Part shown: in pieces, positions 24,818-34,704 of the stretch
How the letters are laid out: each line of letters starts with the position of its first letter
How positions within the stretch are numbered: the first letter of the stretch is position 1
Program-made: the position numbers and the translations under genes
The notes under the pieces: model-generated
The model's input: the letters and a program-made list of their open reading frames with translations, nothing else
Told to the model about the DNA's origin: nothing
Database searches by the model: none
Assembly (NCBI GenBank): GCA_016870395.1
Contig: VGBT01000002.1
Span: 69,680-133,679, forward strand
From: Actinomycetota bacterium
GTDB taxonomy: Bacteria > Actinomycetota > Acidimicrobiia > IMCC26256 > JAENVU01
Direction of reading: 5' to 3'
Length of the DNA: 64,000 bases

Positions 24818-27079
24818 TCACGAGCGCTCGCTGCCCTCCGGGTGCTCTGGCGTCACGAGACCGCGACTATCGCGGTCTGCTGACGCCAAAGCGCTGGAGA
24901 GGGGAGATGCTGTGGGCACCGAGGGCGGCGGGACGTCGACGTCGAGGTGCGGGAGCACCCGGCCGAGCCAGCGCGGCAGCCACCAGTTCCCCTTGCCCAT
25001 CAGCTCCATGGCCGCCGGCACGAGAAGGAGTCGCACGATCGTGGCGTCGATCGCCACCGCGGCCGCGAGCCCGACGCCGAGCATCTTGACCGTCGGCGAC
25101 CCGCTGGTCACGAACACCAGGAACACCGAGATCATGACCACCGCCGCCGAGGTGATCACGCGCGCCGTCTTGGCCAGTCCGATCGCCACGGCTTCTCGGT
25201 TGTCACCGGTAGCAAGGTACTCCTCCCGCACACGCGACAGCAGGAACACCTCATAGTCCATCGAGAGGCCGAACAGGATCGCGAACATTATGAGCGGCAC
25301 GAACGCGACGATCGGCACCGCCTCGTGGATCCCGAGGAGCCCCCGAGCCCAACCCCACTGGAACACCACGACGATCACGCCGTAGGCCGCGCCGATCGAC
25401 AGCAGGTTCATCACCGCGGCCTTGAGCGGCACGAGCACCGATCGGAAGACGAGCATCAGGAGCAAAAACGCCGCAAGCACCACGAAGCCGATGCACCACA
25501 CGAGCCGACTGCCGATCCGGTCGGTCACGTCGATGAGCTCGGCTGTCTGCCCGCCGACGTAGACATCGCCGGCGAGCACCGTGCCGGCGGTCGCCTTCGG
25601 GATCACCTCCGCGCGCAACGTCCGCACCAGATCCTTGGTCGCCTGCGCGTTCGGCGCGGCCTTCGGCACGACGATCGCGACCGCGGCGTCGAGCTCCCGG
25701 TTCGGGATCGGGCCCTCCACGCTCACGACGCCGGGCGTGGCCTTGACCGCGGCCATCAGCTTCTCGGCTGCGGCGAGCTCGGCGCCCTCCGTCGCGGGTG
25801 TGGGCTTCGGCAAGCGCATCGCCACGAGCAGCGGACCGTTCGTACCGGGGCCGAACGCGTCCGCGACCAGGTCGTAGGCACGGCGTTGCGTGAAGCTCGT
25901 CGGATCGTCGCCGTCGGTGGCGAAGCCCAGGCGAAGCCCGAGCGCCGGTGCCGCGAGCAACAGCAGCAAGGCGAGCGACCCGATCATGCACAGCCACGCG
26001 TGGCGGGCAATACCGTGGCCCCACCGGTACCAGAAGTTCCGGGCGGGATCTGGAAGCGTGGCGCGGCGCGGGACCACCCGGAGGCGTTCGATGCGCGTAC
26101 TGAGCGCGCTGAGCAGCGCCGGCAGCAGCGTCAGCGCGGCGACGACCATCACGGCCACGAACAGGGCTGCCGAGAAGCCGAGCACCGAGACGTACGGGAT
26201 GCGGGCGAACCACAGCCCGCCCACTGCGATGACGACGGAGCAGCCGGCAAACAGCACCGCGCTCCCCGCGGTGCCTATCGCCACGCCGATCGCCTGCTGC
26301 ACGTCCATCCCCTCGTCGCGGTTCTGGCGGAAGCGGCTCACGACGAGCAGCGAGTAGTCGATGCCGACCCCGAGCCCGATCATCGTGCCGATGATCGGCG
26401 CCACGGTGCCGACGGTGAACACCGTCGCGGCGACCGTCAGCAACCCCGCTGCGACGAGCAGCCCCATTAGCGCCGTTACCACCGGGATCAGCGCGGCGAC
26501 CACGGTGCCGAGCACGAACATCAGGATCACGAGCGCAACAAAAAGCCCGATGGCGTCTGCGTTCGCGCCTTGCTGCTTGCTGGCCAGCAGCGCGTCGGCG
26601 ACCGGCCCGCCGTAGTCCACGCTCACGCCGGCGGATCGAGCTTGGGCCGTCGCGGTGTCGAGCTGCGCGATGCCGTCGGAGGGGAGGTCGTTCGACTGCG
26701 ACGTGTACACGACCTCGATCAGAACCGTCCGGTCGTCGGTCGCGACCTGCGGCGGCTCGACCGCCTTCACCTCGTCGAGCTTGCCGAGCGCGGTGACCGT
26801 CTCGGCGACGACCGTCTCGGGGATCGCGCCCGAGGGCAAATGCAGCACGACCTGCGCGGTCGGCAGGTTTGCGGCCGGGAACCGCTGTTCGAGCAGGTCG
26901 ATCGCGAGCTGCGCGTCGGTGCCGGGAATGGCGAAGACGTCGCGATAAACGCTACCCACCGAAGCGCTGGCGACACCGAGCCCGAAGAAGGCTACGAGCC
27001 ACGCCGCGATGACCCACCACCGCCGGCGCGCCGCGGCGCGCCCGAGCCGTTCGAGGCCGCGCGGCCGCGGCTCGGTCAT
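24818..27079 (-). CDS. MMPL-family (RND superfamily) membrane transporter
   Basis: About 750 aa with two 6-TM bundles and two periplasmic domains. The N-terminus is MTEPRPRGLERLGRAAARRRWWVIAAWLV. ATG 27079 overlaps the aconitase TGA (ATGA). An alternative start is at 27130. Confidence 0.85.
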   Translation of the reverse strand: MTEPRPRGLERLGRAAARRRWWVIAAWLVAFFGLGVASASVGSVYRDVFAIPGTDAQLAIDLLEQRFPAANLPTAQVVLHLPSGAIPETVVAETVTALGKLDEVKAVEPPQVATDDRTVLIEVVYTSQSNDLPSDGIAQLDTATAQARSAGVSVDYGGPVADALLASKQQGANADAIGLFVALVILMFVLGTVVAALIPVVTALMGLLVAAGLLTVAATVFTVGTVAPIIGTMIGLGVGIDYSLLVVSRFRQNRDEGMDVQQAIGVAIGTAGSAVLFAGCSVVIAVGGLWFARIPYVSVLGFSAALFVAVMVVAALTLLPALLSALSTRIERLRVVPRRATLPDPARNFWYRWGHGIARHAWLCMIGSLALLLLLAAPALGLRLGFATDGDDPTSFTQRRAYDLVADAFGPGTNGPLLVAMRLPKPTPATEGAELAAAEKLMAAVKATPGVVSVEGPIPNRELDAAVAIVVPKAAPNAQATKDLVRTLRAEVIPKATAGTVLAGDVYVGGQTAELIDVTDRIGSRLVWCIGFVVLAAFLLLMLVFRSVLVPLKAAVMNLLSIGAAYGVIVVVFQWGWARGLLGIHEAVPIVAFVPLIMFAILFGLSMDYEVFLLSRVREEYLATGDNREAVAIGLAKTARVITSAAVVMISVFLVFVTSGSPTVKMLGVGLAAAVAIDATIVRLLLVPAAMELMGKGNWWLPRWLGRVLPHLDVDVPPPSVPTASPLSSALASADRDSRGLVTPEHPEGSERS

Positions 27080-29361
27080 TGGCGCTGCTGCGCCGCGAGC
27101 AGGTTGAGCGCTGAACCCGCCTTGAACCACTCGATGTGCTCCTCCGACATGGTATGCAGGGTCTCGATCACGCTACAAGAGTCATCCGCGTGGTACAGCA
27201 CCACCTTGACCGGTCGTCCGGGAGCCAGGTCGCCGAGGCCCACAATGTCGACCGTGTCGTCCACCAGCACCCGCTCGTAGGCGTCCGGGTTGGCGAACGT
27301 GAGGGCCAGGACCCCCTGCTTTTTCAGGTTGGCCTCGTGGATCCGGGCGAAGGACCGCACGATCACCGCGCGGCCCCCCATGTAACGAGGCTCCATCGCG
27401 GCATGCTCCCGCGAAGAGCCCTCGCCGTAGTTCTCGTCACCCACCGCGACCCACGAGATGCCCGCCTCCTTGTATGCCCCGGCGAGCTCGGGTAGGGGCT
27501 TGACGGAGCGGTCCCGTACGTCGATGCCGGTGCCCGCCTCGTCGAGCGAGAACGCGTTGTTCGCCCCGATGAAGAGGTTTCCCGAGATGTTGGTGAGGTG
27601 GCCGCGGTAGCGAAGCCAGGGCCCCGCGGGTGAGATGTGGTCCGTCGTGCACTTGCCCGTGGCCTTGAGCAGCACCCGCAGCCCGAGGAAGTCGTTGCCG
27701 TCCCAGGCCGGGAACGGCGTGAGCAGCTCGAGGCGCTCCGAGCCCGGCTTCACGACGATCTCGACGCTCGCAGGATCCTCGGCCGGTGCCACGAACCCGG
27801 ACTCGCCCGGATCGAAGCCCTGGGCCGGCAGCTCGTCGGCCTCCGGCGGCTCGAGCCGGACCTCGGTACCGTCGGGACTTGTGATCGGCTCGTGCACGAA
27901 GTCGACGTCGAGGCGGCCCGTGAGTGCCATCGCGGTCACGGTCTCGGGCGAGCCGATGAACGAGAGCGTCGACGGGTTGCCGTCGTTGCGGGCCGGGAAG
28001 TTCCGGTTGAACGAAGAGACGATCGTGTTCGCCTCGCCCTGGGCAACGTCGTCACGCTGCCACTGCCCGATGCAGGGACCGCACGCGTTCGCGAGGACGG
28101 TCGCACCGATGGCCTCGAGGTCGGCGAGAAGGCCGTCGCGCTCGATAGTAGCGCGGACCTGCTCGCTGCCCGGGGTGATGAGCAACGGGGTCTGCACCCG
28201 CAGGCCGTGCGCCGCGGCCTGACGCGCGACGTGCGCTGCACGGCCGATGTCCTGGTAGCTCGAGTTCGTGCAGCTGCCGACGAGCGCCGCTGAGATGCGC
28301 GCCGGGTACCCCTCGATCTTCACTGCCTCGCGCACGTCGGAGATCGGCCGATCGAGGTCGGGCGTGTGCGGCCCGACGAGGTGCGGCTCGAGCGCGGACA
28401 GGTCCACGTCGACGACGCGGTCGTAGTAGCGCTCGGGGTCGTCGTCGATCTCGGGATCGTTGCGCAGGTACTCGGCGTACTCGTCGGCGAGACTGGCGAG
28501 CGCCTCACGGCCGGTCGCCCTCAGGTACGCGGCCATCCGGTCGTCGTAGGGGAACAGCGAGCAGGTCGCGCCAATCTCCGCGCCCATGTTGCAGACCGTC
28601 GCCTTGCCGGTCGCAGCGATCGATGCGGCGCCGGGGCCGGAGTACTCGACGATCGCGCCGGTGCCGCCCTTCACGGTCAGGATGCCGGCCACCTTGAGGA
28701 TGACGTCCTTGGCCGAGGCCCAGCCCGAGAGCTCGCCGGTGAGGCGGACACCCACCAGCTTGGGCACCCGGGTATTGAACGGCCATCCAGCCATCACGTC
28801 GACCGCGTCGGCGCCGCCGACACCCACCGCTACCATCCCGAGGCCGCCGGCGTTCGGGGTGTGGCTGTCGGTACCGACCATCATCCCGCCCGGGAACGCG
28901 TAGTTCTCGAGCACGACCTGGTGGATGATCCCGGACCCTGGCTTCCAGAAGCCGATGCCGTACTTCGCGCTCACCGTCCGAAGGAATTCGTAGACCTCCG
29001 AGTTCACGTCGAGCGCGTTGGCGAGGTCGGCCTGCGCGCCGACGCGGGCCTGAATGAGGTGGTCGCAGTGCACCGTCGACGGTACCGCGACCCGCGGCAA
29101 GCCGGCGAGGGTGAACTGCAGCAGCGCCATCTGCGCGGTCGCGTCTTGCATCGCGACGCGGTCGGGGCGGTAGTCGCCGTAGTCGACCCCACGCTCGAGA
29201 CCGAGGGTCTCGACGTCGTCCGCATGCCCGAACAGCACCTTCTCCCCGAAGGTCAGCGGACGTCCGAGCCGTCGACGCGCGACGGCCACGTTGGCCGCGA
29301 GACGTTCGTAGGCGGCGCGCACGAGATCGGGCGGGGTGTTGGGTCCGACGGTCTCGGCCAT
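27076..29361 (-). CDS. acn: Aconitate hydratase, mitochondrial-type (about 760 aa)
   Basis: From ATG 29361, motifs are MQDATAQMALLQF, HCDHLI, IIHQVVLENYAFPGGMMVGTDSHTPNAGGLG, VCNMGAEIGAT, GSCTNSSYQDI, ANACGPCIGQW, SFNRNFPARNDGNP and GSSREHAA...VRSFARIHEANLKKQG. This is collinear with eukaryotic mitochondrial aconitase as I remember it. Confidence 0.9.
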   Translation of the reverse strand: MAETVGPNTPPDLVRAAYERLAANVAVARRRLGRPLTFGEKVLFGHADDVETLGLERGVDYGDYRPDRVAMQDATAQMALLQFTLAGLPRVAVPSTVHCDHLIQARVGAQADLANALDVNSEVYEFLRTVSAKYGIGFWKPGSGIIHQVVLENYAFPGGMMVGTDSHTPNAGGLGMVAVGVGGADAVDVMAGWPFNTRVPKLVGVRLTGELSGWASAKDVILKVAGILTVKGGTGAIVEYSGPGAASIAATGKATVCNMGAEIGATCSLFPYDDRMAAYLRATGREALASLADEYAEYLRNDPEIDDDPERYYDRVVDVDLSALEPHLVGPHTPDLDRPISDVREAVKIEGYPARISAALVGSCTNSSYQDIGRAAHVARQAAAHGLRVQTPLLITPGSEQVRATIERDGLLADLEAIGATVLANACGPCIGQWQRDDVAQGEANTIVSSFNRNFPARNDGNPSTLSFIGSPETVTAMALTGRLDVDFVHEPITSPDGTEVRLEPPEADELPAQGFDPGESGFVAPAEDPASVEIVVKPGSERLELLTPFPAWDGNDFLGLRVLLKATGKCTTDHISPAGPWLRYRGHLTNISGNLFIGANNAFSLDEAGTGIDVRDRSVKPLPELAGAYKEAGISWVAVGDENYGEGSSREHAAMEPRYMGGRAVIVRSFARIHEANLKKQGVLALTFANPDAYERVLVDDTVDIVGLGDLAPGRPVKVVLYHADDSCSVIETLHTMSEEHIEWFKAGSALNLLAAQQRQ

Positions 29362-29386
29362 GGCTGCTTCTCCGTGGGTGAGGGGA

Positions 29387-30088
29387 TCAGTGGATCGGGA
29401 ACTCGAACTCGAGGGCGGTGAGATGGCCGGGATACCGGTGCTCCGCAACGATGACCGCGTCGCCGCGGCGATCGTAGGTGACCCTCCGACAGGCCAGCAG
29501 CGCCGTGCCGGAACGAACGCCGAGTGAACGCGCGTCGTCGCGCGCTGCCGTCACCGCGGTGATCGTCTGCACCACGCGACCGGGCTCGACGCCGTGCAGC
29601 GGGAGCAGGTCGAAGAAGGTGGTGCGCTCGACGTCGGCCCGACTCAGGTGTCGGCCCAGCTCGGCGGGCGCCCACACGGTGACGAGCGCGAACGGCTCAC
29701 CGCCGGCGAGGTTCAGTCGCCGCACGCGCAGCACCTCGCCGTCGGCCGGCAGGCCGAGGATCTTCGCGACGTCGGACGGGGCCGGCTCGAACGCGAACTC
29801 GAGCACCCGGCGCGCCGCGGTCGTGCCCGCGGCCTCGAGCGCGGCCTCGAGCGTGGTGACCCGACCGAGCGCCTGACGCACAGGGTCGACGGCGACGAAC
29901 CAGCCCGCGCCGCGCCGGGCGGTGACGAGGCCCTCGTCGCGCAGCAGTTCCAGGGCCCGCCGTACCGTGGCGCGGCTGACCCCGAATTCCCTGCCCAGCT
30001 CGGCCTCGCTCGGTAGCGCGCCCGCACGCCCGAAGCACCCGGCCACGAGCCGGTCCCTGAGCGCGTCGGCGAGGTCCAGGTAGCGCAC
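29387..30088 (-). CDS. GntR-family transcriptional regulator, HutC subfamily (UTRA effector domain)
   Basis: The N-terminal wHTH is LPSEAELGREFGVSRATVRRALELLRDEGLV. The C-terminal two-thirds are UTRA-like. The gene has a GTG start and ends 25 nt before the aconitase start. Confidence 0.85.
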   Translation of the reverse strand: MRYLDLADALRDRLVAGCFGRAGALPSEAELGREFGVSRATVRRALELLRDEGLVTARRGAGWFVAVDPVRQALGRVTTLEAALEAAGTTAARRVLEFAFEPAPSDVAKILGLPADGEVLRVRRLNLAGGEPFALVTVWAPAELGRHLSRADVERTTFFDLLPLHGVEPGRVVQTITAVTAARDDARSLGVRSGTALLACRRVTYDRRGDAVIVAEHRYPGHLTALEFEFPIH

Positions 30089-30111
30089 GACTTGTATGTT
30101 ATTTGTCTGGC

Positions 30112-30124
30112 TGACTACCAGTCA
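30112..30124. promoter_or_regulatory. Palindrome TGACT-acc-AGTCA in the AT-richer gntR upstream region (candidate GntR operator)
   Basis: A perfect 5+5 inverted repeat lies 24-36 nt upstream of the gntR GTG (30088). It sits inside the only AT-rich stretch of this locus (cttgtatgttatttgtctggctgactaccagtcaagacta). Confidence 0.35.
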
Positions 30125-30159
30125 AGACTAGCGCCCGTCCGACGCACCGCTGGACCGTC

Positions 30160-30633
30160 CTACCGGTCGCGCTCCTCCACGACCACCGACCGCATCACGT
30201 CGCCGACCTGCACGGCCTGCGCGACGTCGATGCCCTCGACCACGAAGCCGAAGAGGTTGTAGTCCTTGGGGAGCCTGCGGGTGCAGTCGTCGATGGTGAC
30301 GAAGAACTGCGAGCCGTTCGTGTTCGGACCCGCGTTCGCCATCGCGACCGCGCCCAGCACGTACTCGCCCTTCACCTCCTCGTCCCGGAACTGATAGCCC
30401 GGTCCACCGCGCCCGCTGCCCTCGGGGCAGCCGCCCTGGATCACGAAGTCGGGTACGACCCGGTGGAACGTGAGCCCTTCGTAGTAGCCCTGGCGCGCGA
30501 GGCCCACGAAGTTGTTCACGGTGTTCGCGGCAAGCTGCGGGTCGAGGTCCATGACGATCGCGCCGCGGTCGGTGGTGATCGTCGTGCGGTAGATCTTCGA
30601 TCCGTCGATCTGGTAGTCGGGCTGTGCGGGCAC
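30160..30633 (-). CDS. Peptidyl-prolyl cis-trans isomerase, cyclophilin type
   Basis: FHRVVPDFVIQGGCPEGSGRGGPGYQF..., NAGPNTNGSQFFVT and the 157-aa length match cyclophilins. The gene starts 9 nt after the ccmH stop. Confidence 0.9.
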   Translation of the reverse strand: MPAQPDYQIDGSKIYRTTITTDRGAIVMDLDPQLAANTVNNFVGLARQGYYEGLTFHRVVPDFVIQGGCPEGSGRGGPGYQFRDEEVKGEYVLGAVAMANAGPNTNGSQFFVTIDDCTRRLPKDYNLFGFVVEGIDVAQAVQVGDVMRSVVVEERDR

Positions 30634-30642
30634 AGGGGGCTC

Positions 30643-31695
30643 CTAGCGAGGGGAGGTGGTCGACGTGGTGGTCGAGGCTGCGGAGACCGCCTCCGCGAGG
30701 AGGTTCCGCACCTGGTCGGCCATCGGACCGTCGGGGGACACCACAAGGTACTGCTGGAGCTCGGCGACCGCAGCAGCGGGGTTCGCCTGGTCCCGGAGCA
30801 GGATGAGCCCCCGGAAGAAGCGCGCGTCCGGATACTGCGGATCGACCTCGAGTGCCTTGTCGACGAGCAGGAGCCCCTCGTCCGGGAAGCCCTGGAGGCG
30901 GATCACCCAGCCGCTGTACGCGAACGGCTCGGGGGCGGAGGGGTCGAGCGTCGCTGCGGTCTGGTAGGCCTCGAGCGCGCCCGCGAAGTCCTGTCGGCCA
31001 AGGCGAAAGCGCGCCAGCGCCAGCTGCGCGTCGACGTCCTCGGGCCTCGCCTCGGCGGCTGCGACCAGCGTCCGCTCCCGGCTCGCGGCGGAGACGGCAG
31101 CCACGTCCGGGTCCCGGCCGGTCGGGTTCCCACCCGGCACCCGCGCGCCGAGCGCGAACGCGAGCGCGATTGCCGAGCCCGCGGCGAAGGCCACGAGCCC
31201 CCCCACCACGAGCACACGCCGGCCCGGTGACTGCCGCCTCGGCGCGACCTCGGCGGTCGCCGGGTCCTCGGTGAGGCCGCCATCGCCGTCGGGAACGCGC
31301 CGCCACCGACGGACGGCGAGCCCCACTCCCCCGGCCGAGAGCACCAGCGCTCCGACCGGCAACGCCCACACCAGCAGCGCGATGCCATCGCTCGCCGGCT
31401 TGAGCAGAATGGCGTCGCCGTACCGCTCCATGTACACGCCGCGGATCTCGGCGTCGCTCTGACCGTCACGCACCCGCGCCTCGAGGTCGCGGCGCTGGGC
31501 CCGGGCGGCGGTCGTCGACGACTCCGCGACCGAGAGCCCCTCGCAGTCCACGCAGCGGAGCTCGCTCGCCAGCCGTTGCGTGCGCGCCTTCACGCTCTCG
31601 GACCCGCCCCGCGGCCACAGCGCGAACACGAATGCTCCCGCCACGATGACGCCGAGCAGCACCCACGGCGCCCAGCCCCGCCGGTCGAGCTTCAC
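30643..31695 (-). CDS. ccmH: Cytochrome c maturation protein CcmH fused to a TPR (CcmI-like) domain
   Basis: GTG 31695 overlaps the ccmG stop (GTGA). It has an N-terminal TM helix, the LRCVDCEG (LRCxxC) motif, a second TM helix, then TPR-like repeats. The upstream 134 codons of the track ORF are shadow. Confidence 0.8.
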   Translation of the reverse strand: MKLDRRGWAPWVLLGVIVAGAFVFALWPRGGSESVKARTQRLASELRCVDCEGLSVAESSTTAARAQRRDLEARVRDGQSDAEIRGVYMERYGDAILLKPASDGIALLVWALPVGALVLSAGGVGLAVRRWRRVPDGDGGLTEDPATAEVAPRRQSPGRRVLVVGGLVAFAAGSAIALAFALGARVPGGNPTGRDPDVAAVSAASRERTLVAAAEARPEDVDAQLALARFRLGRQDFAGALEAYQTAATLDPSAPEPFAYSGWVIRLQGFPDEGLLLVDKALEVDPQYPDARFFRGLILLRDQANPAAAVAELQQYLVVSPDGPMADQVRNLLAEAVSAASTTTSTTSPR

Positions 31696-32237
31696 CCGAC
31701 CCCCTGGGCGCGGGCCACCATCTGATCGAGGACCTTCATCGTGACCGGCCCGTAGAGCGACCCCACGATCACCCCGTCGGGTCCGATCGCGTAGGTCTCG
31801 GGCTGCCCGCGCGTCCCGAACGCGAGCGTGGCGGCCTCCGCGTCGGCGTCCTGGCGAGCGGCCCATCCCATCTCGTCTTCGCGTGCCGCGCGGCGGATGG
31901 CGCCGACCGTGTCGTCGCGGGGGATGCCCACCAGCACGACGTCGGGATCGTCGGCGTGGCGCGCGTACCACTGCTGGAGGACGGGCAGCTCCTCGCGGCA
32001 CGGGATGCACCACGAGTTCCAGAAGTTGACGAGCACGGTCTTCCCCACGAGCGATTCGCTCGAGACCTCGGTGCCGTCGAGGAGTGTCACCCGCCACTCG
32101 GGGGCAGGCTTGCCCAGCAACGCGCTGACCTCCGCGTCGGCGCGCGGATCGCTGCCGACGTTGAGCGCGAGCACCACGCCCAGCACCGCTGCACCCGCCG
32201 CGGCGACGAGTGCGATCCAGCGGAAGGGATACTTCAC
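31692..32237 (-). CDS. ccmG: Thiol:disulfide oxidoreductase CcmG/DsbE (TlpA/ResA-like thioredoxin fold)
   Basis: GTG 32237 overlaps the ccmF stop (GTGA). It has a signal-anchor helix, and VLVNFWNSWCIPCREELP carries the WCxxC active site. Confidence 0.85.
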   Translation of the reverse strand: MKYPFRWIALVAAAGAAVLGVVLALNVGSDPRADAEVSALLGKPAPEWRVTLLDGTEVSSESLVGKTVLVNFWNSWCIPCREELPVLQQWYARHADDPDVVLVGIPRDDTVGAIRRAAREDEMGWAARQDADAEAATLAFGTRGQPETYAIGPDGVIVGSLYGPVTMKVLDQMVARAQGVG

Positions 32238-34282
32238 GCCGGCTCCTCCTGGAACGATCGGCTCCGGCGCTCGTCGGCGCGTCCCCCGTCGACCGTGAGC
32301 GCCTTCGCCTCCTCCTCGACCCGCGCCGGCCGGCGGCGGACGGAAGGCGTGAGCGCGACCAGCGTACCGAGTGCCATCACCGACCCACCGAGCCAGATCC
32401 ACAGCGTCATCGGCTGCACCGAGACGTTCACCGTGACTCGCCCGCGCGCGTTCGGCGACGACACCAACGTGAGATACAGGTCCTCGACGAGCCCGGTCCG
32501 CACCGACGGGGTGCCGATCCCCTGCGTGCTGTTCGGGAACGTCGAGACCGCGGGCGCGTACGTGCCGAGGGACCGACCACCCCTGCGGACCGCGAGGTCC
32601 GCCGCGACCGTCGTCTTCTGTGCCGAACGACTCGTGCGCGTCCCGGTGAACGTGAGCGTGTAGCCCCCCACCGTGGCCGACTCGCCCCGGCGCAGCCGCA
32701 CCTCGCGCTTGGTCCCGAACGACCCCGCCGCGGCGAGCGCGAGAGCGATCATGACCACCCCGACGTGCACGACCAGCCCACCGTAGCGACGCGGGTTCCC
32801 CAGGACGGTCCGGCCGAGCGCCTGCGCCCGACCCACCGCGTCGGCCCGTCGGCGGGTCGCAACCGCGTGACCGACCTCGCGCACGATGCCCGCCACCGCG
32901 AACGCACCGAGACCGAACGCCAGCGCGGTCACCAGGTCGCGGGTAAGCAGCAGCAACGTCGCCACCATCGCGAACACCCCGAGGTATGCGGGGACGAGCA
33001 GGCGTCGGCGCAGCACCTCGCCGGTGGTTCCTTGCCACGGCAGCGCAGGCGCGACCGCCATGAGGAACAGGAGCGCGAGCCCGAGCGGCGTGGTCATCCG
33101 GTCGAAGTACGGCTCGCCGACCGAGAGGCGCGAACCCGACAGCGCCTCGGCAACCAGCGGGAACACGGTACCGAGGAGCACCACGAACGCCAGCCCGGTG
33201 AACAGGAGGTTGTTCGCGAGGAACGCCGCCTCACCCGAGACGACCGCGTCGATCCGCCCCGACGAGTGGAGCTGGTCGGCCCGCCACGCGATGAGGCCCA
33301 GGCCGACGGCCGCGACAAGTGCGAGGTATCCGAGAAGCCACGGCCCGATGTCGGACTCCGTGAACGCGTGCACGGAGTTGACGACCCCCGAACGCGTGAG
33401 GAAGGTGCCCAGGATCGTGAGACAGAACGTCGCGATCACGAGCGAGAGGTTCCAGACCCGCAGCATCCCCCGGCGCTCCTGCACCATTACCGAGTGGATG
33501 AAGGCGGTGGCGGTGAGCCAGGGCAGCAGCGAAGCGTTCTCCACGGGATCCCAGGCCCAGTAGCCGCCCCAGCCGAGCACCTCGTAGCTCCACCACGCGC
33601 CGAGCACGATGCCGGCGGTCAGGAAGCCCCACGCGACGAGCGTCGTGCGACGGGTGTCAGCCAGCCAACCCTCGCTGAACCGGCCGGTGACGAGCGCCGC
33701 GATGGCGAATGAGAACGGGACCGTCATGCCGACGTAGCCGAGGTAGAGCATCGGAGGGTGCAACGCCATGAGCGGGTGGTTCTGCAGCAGCGGGTTGGGT
33801 CCCCGGCCGTCGACTGGCGTGTCCCCGTTCACGAGCTCGAACGGGTTGGCAGCGAACGCCATGAAGCAGAAGAAGAACAACGCGACCGACAACGCCACGA
33901 GCAGTGCCCAACCCACCATCGGGTCCGAGACGCGGTCGCGGTACCGGTACGCCATGAACGCTAGGTAGCCACCGAGAATCAGCGCCCAGAGGAGGATCGA
34001 GCCCTCCAGTGCAGCCCACAAGCCCGTGACCGTGAACAGCCACGGCGTAGACCGCGCGTTGTTCTCCGCGACGTAGCGGATCGTGAAGTCGTGCGACAGC
34101 AGCGCCCACTCCATCGCCACGACCGCAACGACCGCGGCGGCGGACACCAAGTACACGCAGCGACGTCCGCTCTGCAGCAACGCGACGTCCTTGCGTCTCA
34201 GTCCGAGAGCGAGCAGCCACATCCCGACCGCCGTGGCGCCGATGCCGAGCGCGATCCCGAGGACGCCGAGCTGGGCCTTCAC
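32234..34282 (-). CDS. ccmF: Cytochrome c heme lyase subunit CcmF
   Basis: 682 aa and polytopic. The WWD-type motif is GGYWAWDPVENASLLPWL, and conserved His residues are present. GTG 34282 overlaps the ccmE stop. Confidence 0.9.
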   Translation of the reverse strand: MKAQLGVLGIALGIGATAVGMWLLALGLRRKDVALLQSGRRCVYLVSAAAVVAVVAMEWALLSHDFTIRYVAENNARSTPWLFTVTGLWAALEGSILLWALILGGYLAFMAYRYRDRVSDPMVGWALLVALSVALFFFCFMAFAANPFELVNGDTPVDGRGPNPLLQNHPLMALHPPMLYLGYVGMTVPFSFAIAALVTGRFSEGWLADTRRTTLVAWGFLTAGIVLGAWWSYEVLGWGGYWAWDPVENASLLPWLTATAFIHSVMVQERRGMLRVWNLSLVIATFCLTILGTFLTRSGVVNSVHAFTESDIGPWLLGYLALVAAVGLGLIAWRADQLHSSGRIDAVVSGEAAFLANNLLFTGLAFVVLLGTVFPLVAEALSGSRLSVGEPYFDRMTTPLGLALLFLMAVAPALPWQGTTGEVLRRRLLVPAYLGVFAMVATLLLLTRDLVTALAFGLGAFAVAGIVREVGHAVATRRRADAVGRAQALGRTVLGNPRRYGGLVVHVGVVMIALALAAAGSFGTKREVRLRRGESATVGGYTLTFTGTRTSRSAQKTTVAADLAVRRGGRSLGTYAPAVSTFPNSTQGIGTPSVRTGLVEDLYLTLVSSPNARGRVTVNVSVQPMTLWIWLGGSVMALGTLVALTPSVRRRPARVEEEAKALTVDGGRADERRSRSFQEEPA

Positions 34283-34704
34283 CCGCCCTGCCCGCCGGCG
34301 TCGACCTTCGGCGGCGTGTACTCCTCACCGTGCTTGATCATGATTCGGTCGGAGGCGAAGGCCTCGTCCCGACCCCAGCGACCCTCGCAGACGACCGGCG
34401 CCCCGTCCTCGAAGAGCGCCGGGGTGTCACCGCTATGGCGGACGGTCACGGTCTTCTTGCCGTCGGTCAGCTCGAAGGTGACCACGTCATCGGTGCGGCG
34501 CCGCGACCCCGGCACGACCGCTCCCATGAGCTTGAACCGGCCGTCGTCCTGGGACGTCACCGCCTCCGACACGGTCCTGAAGTACTGGACGTTGCCCGAC
34601 AACGCGAACATGAGCACGGTCGCCGCTATCACCGCGCCGCCGCAGGCAAGCGCCGCTACGACGTAGCGGGTGCGGCCCCGTGGGCGAGCGGCCGGCGCGC
34701 TCAC
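34279..34704 (-). CDS. ccmE: Heme chaperone CcmE
   Basis: From GTG 34704, which overlaps the ccmD stop (GTGA), it has a single TM helix, an OB-fold text (FKLMGAVVPGS...VTFELTDG) and the heme-binding HxxxY motif (IKHGEEY). Confidence 0.85.
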   Translation of the reverse strand: MSAPAARPRGRTRYVVAALACGGAVIAATVLMFALSGNVQYFRTVSEAVTSQDDGRFKLMGAVVPGSRRRTDDVVTFELTDGKKTVTVRHSGDTPALFEDGAPVVCEGRWGRDEAFASDRIMIKHGEEYTPPKVDAGGQGG

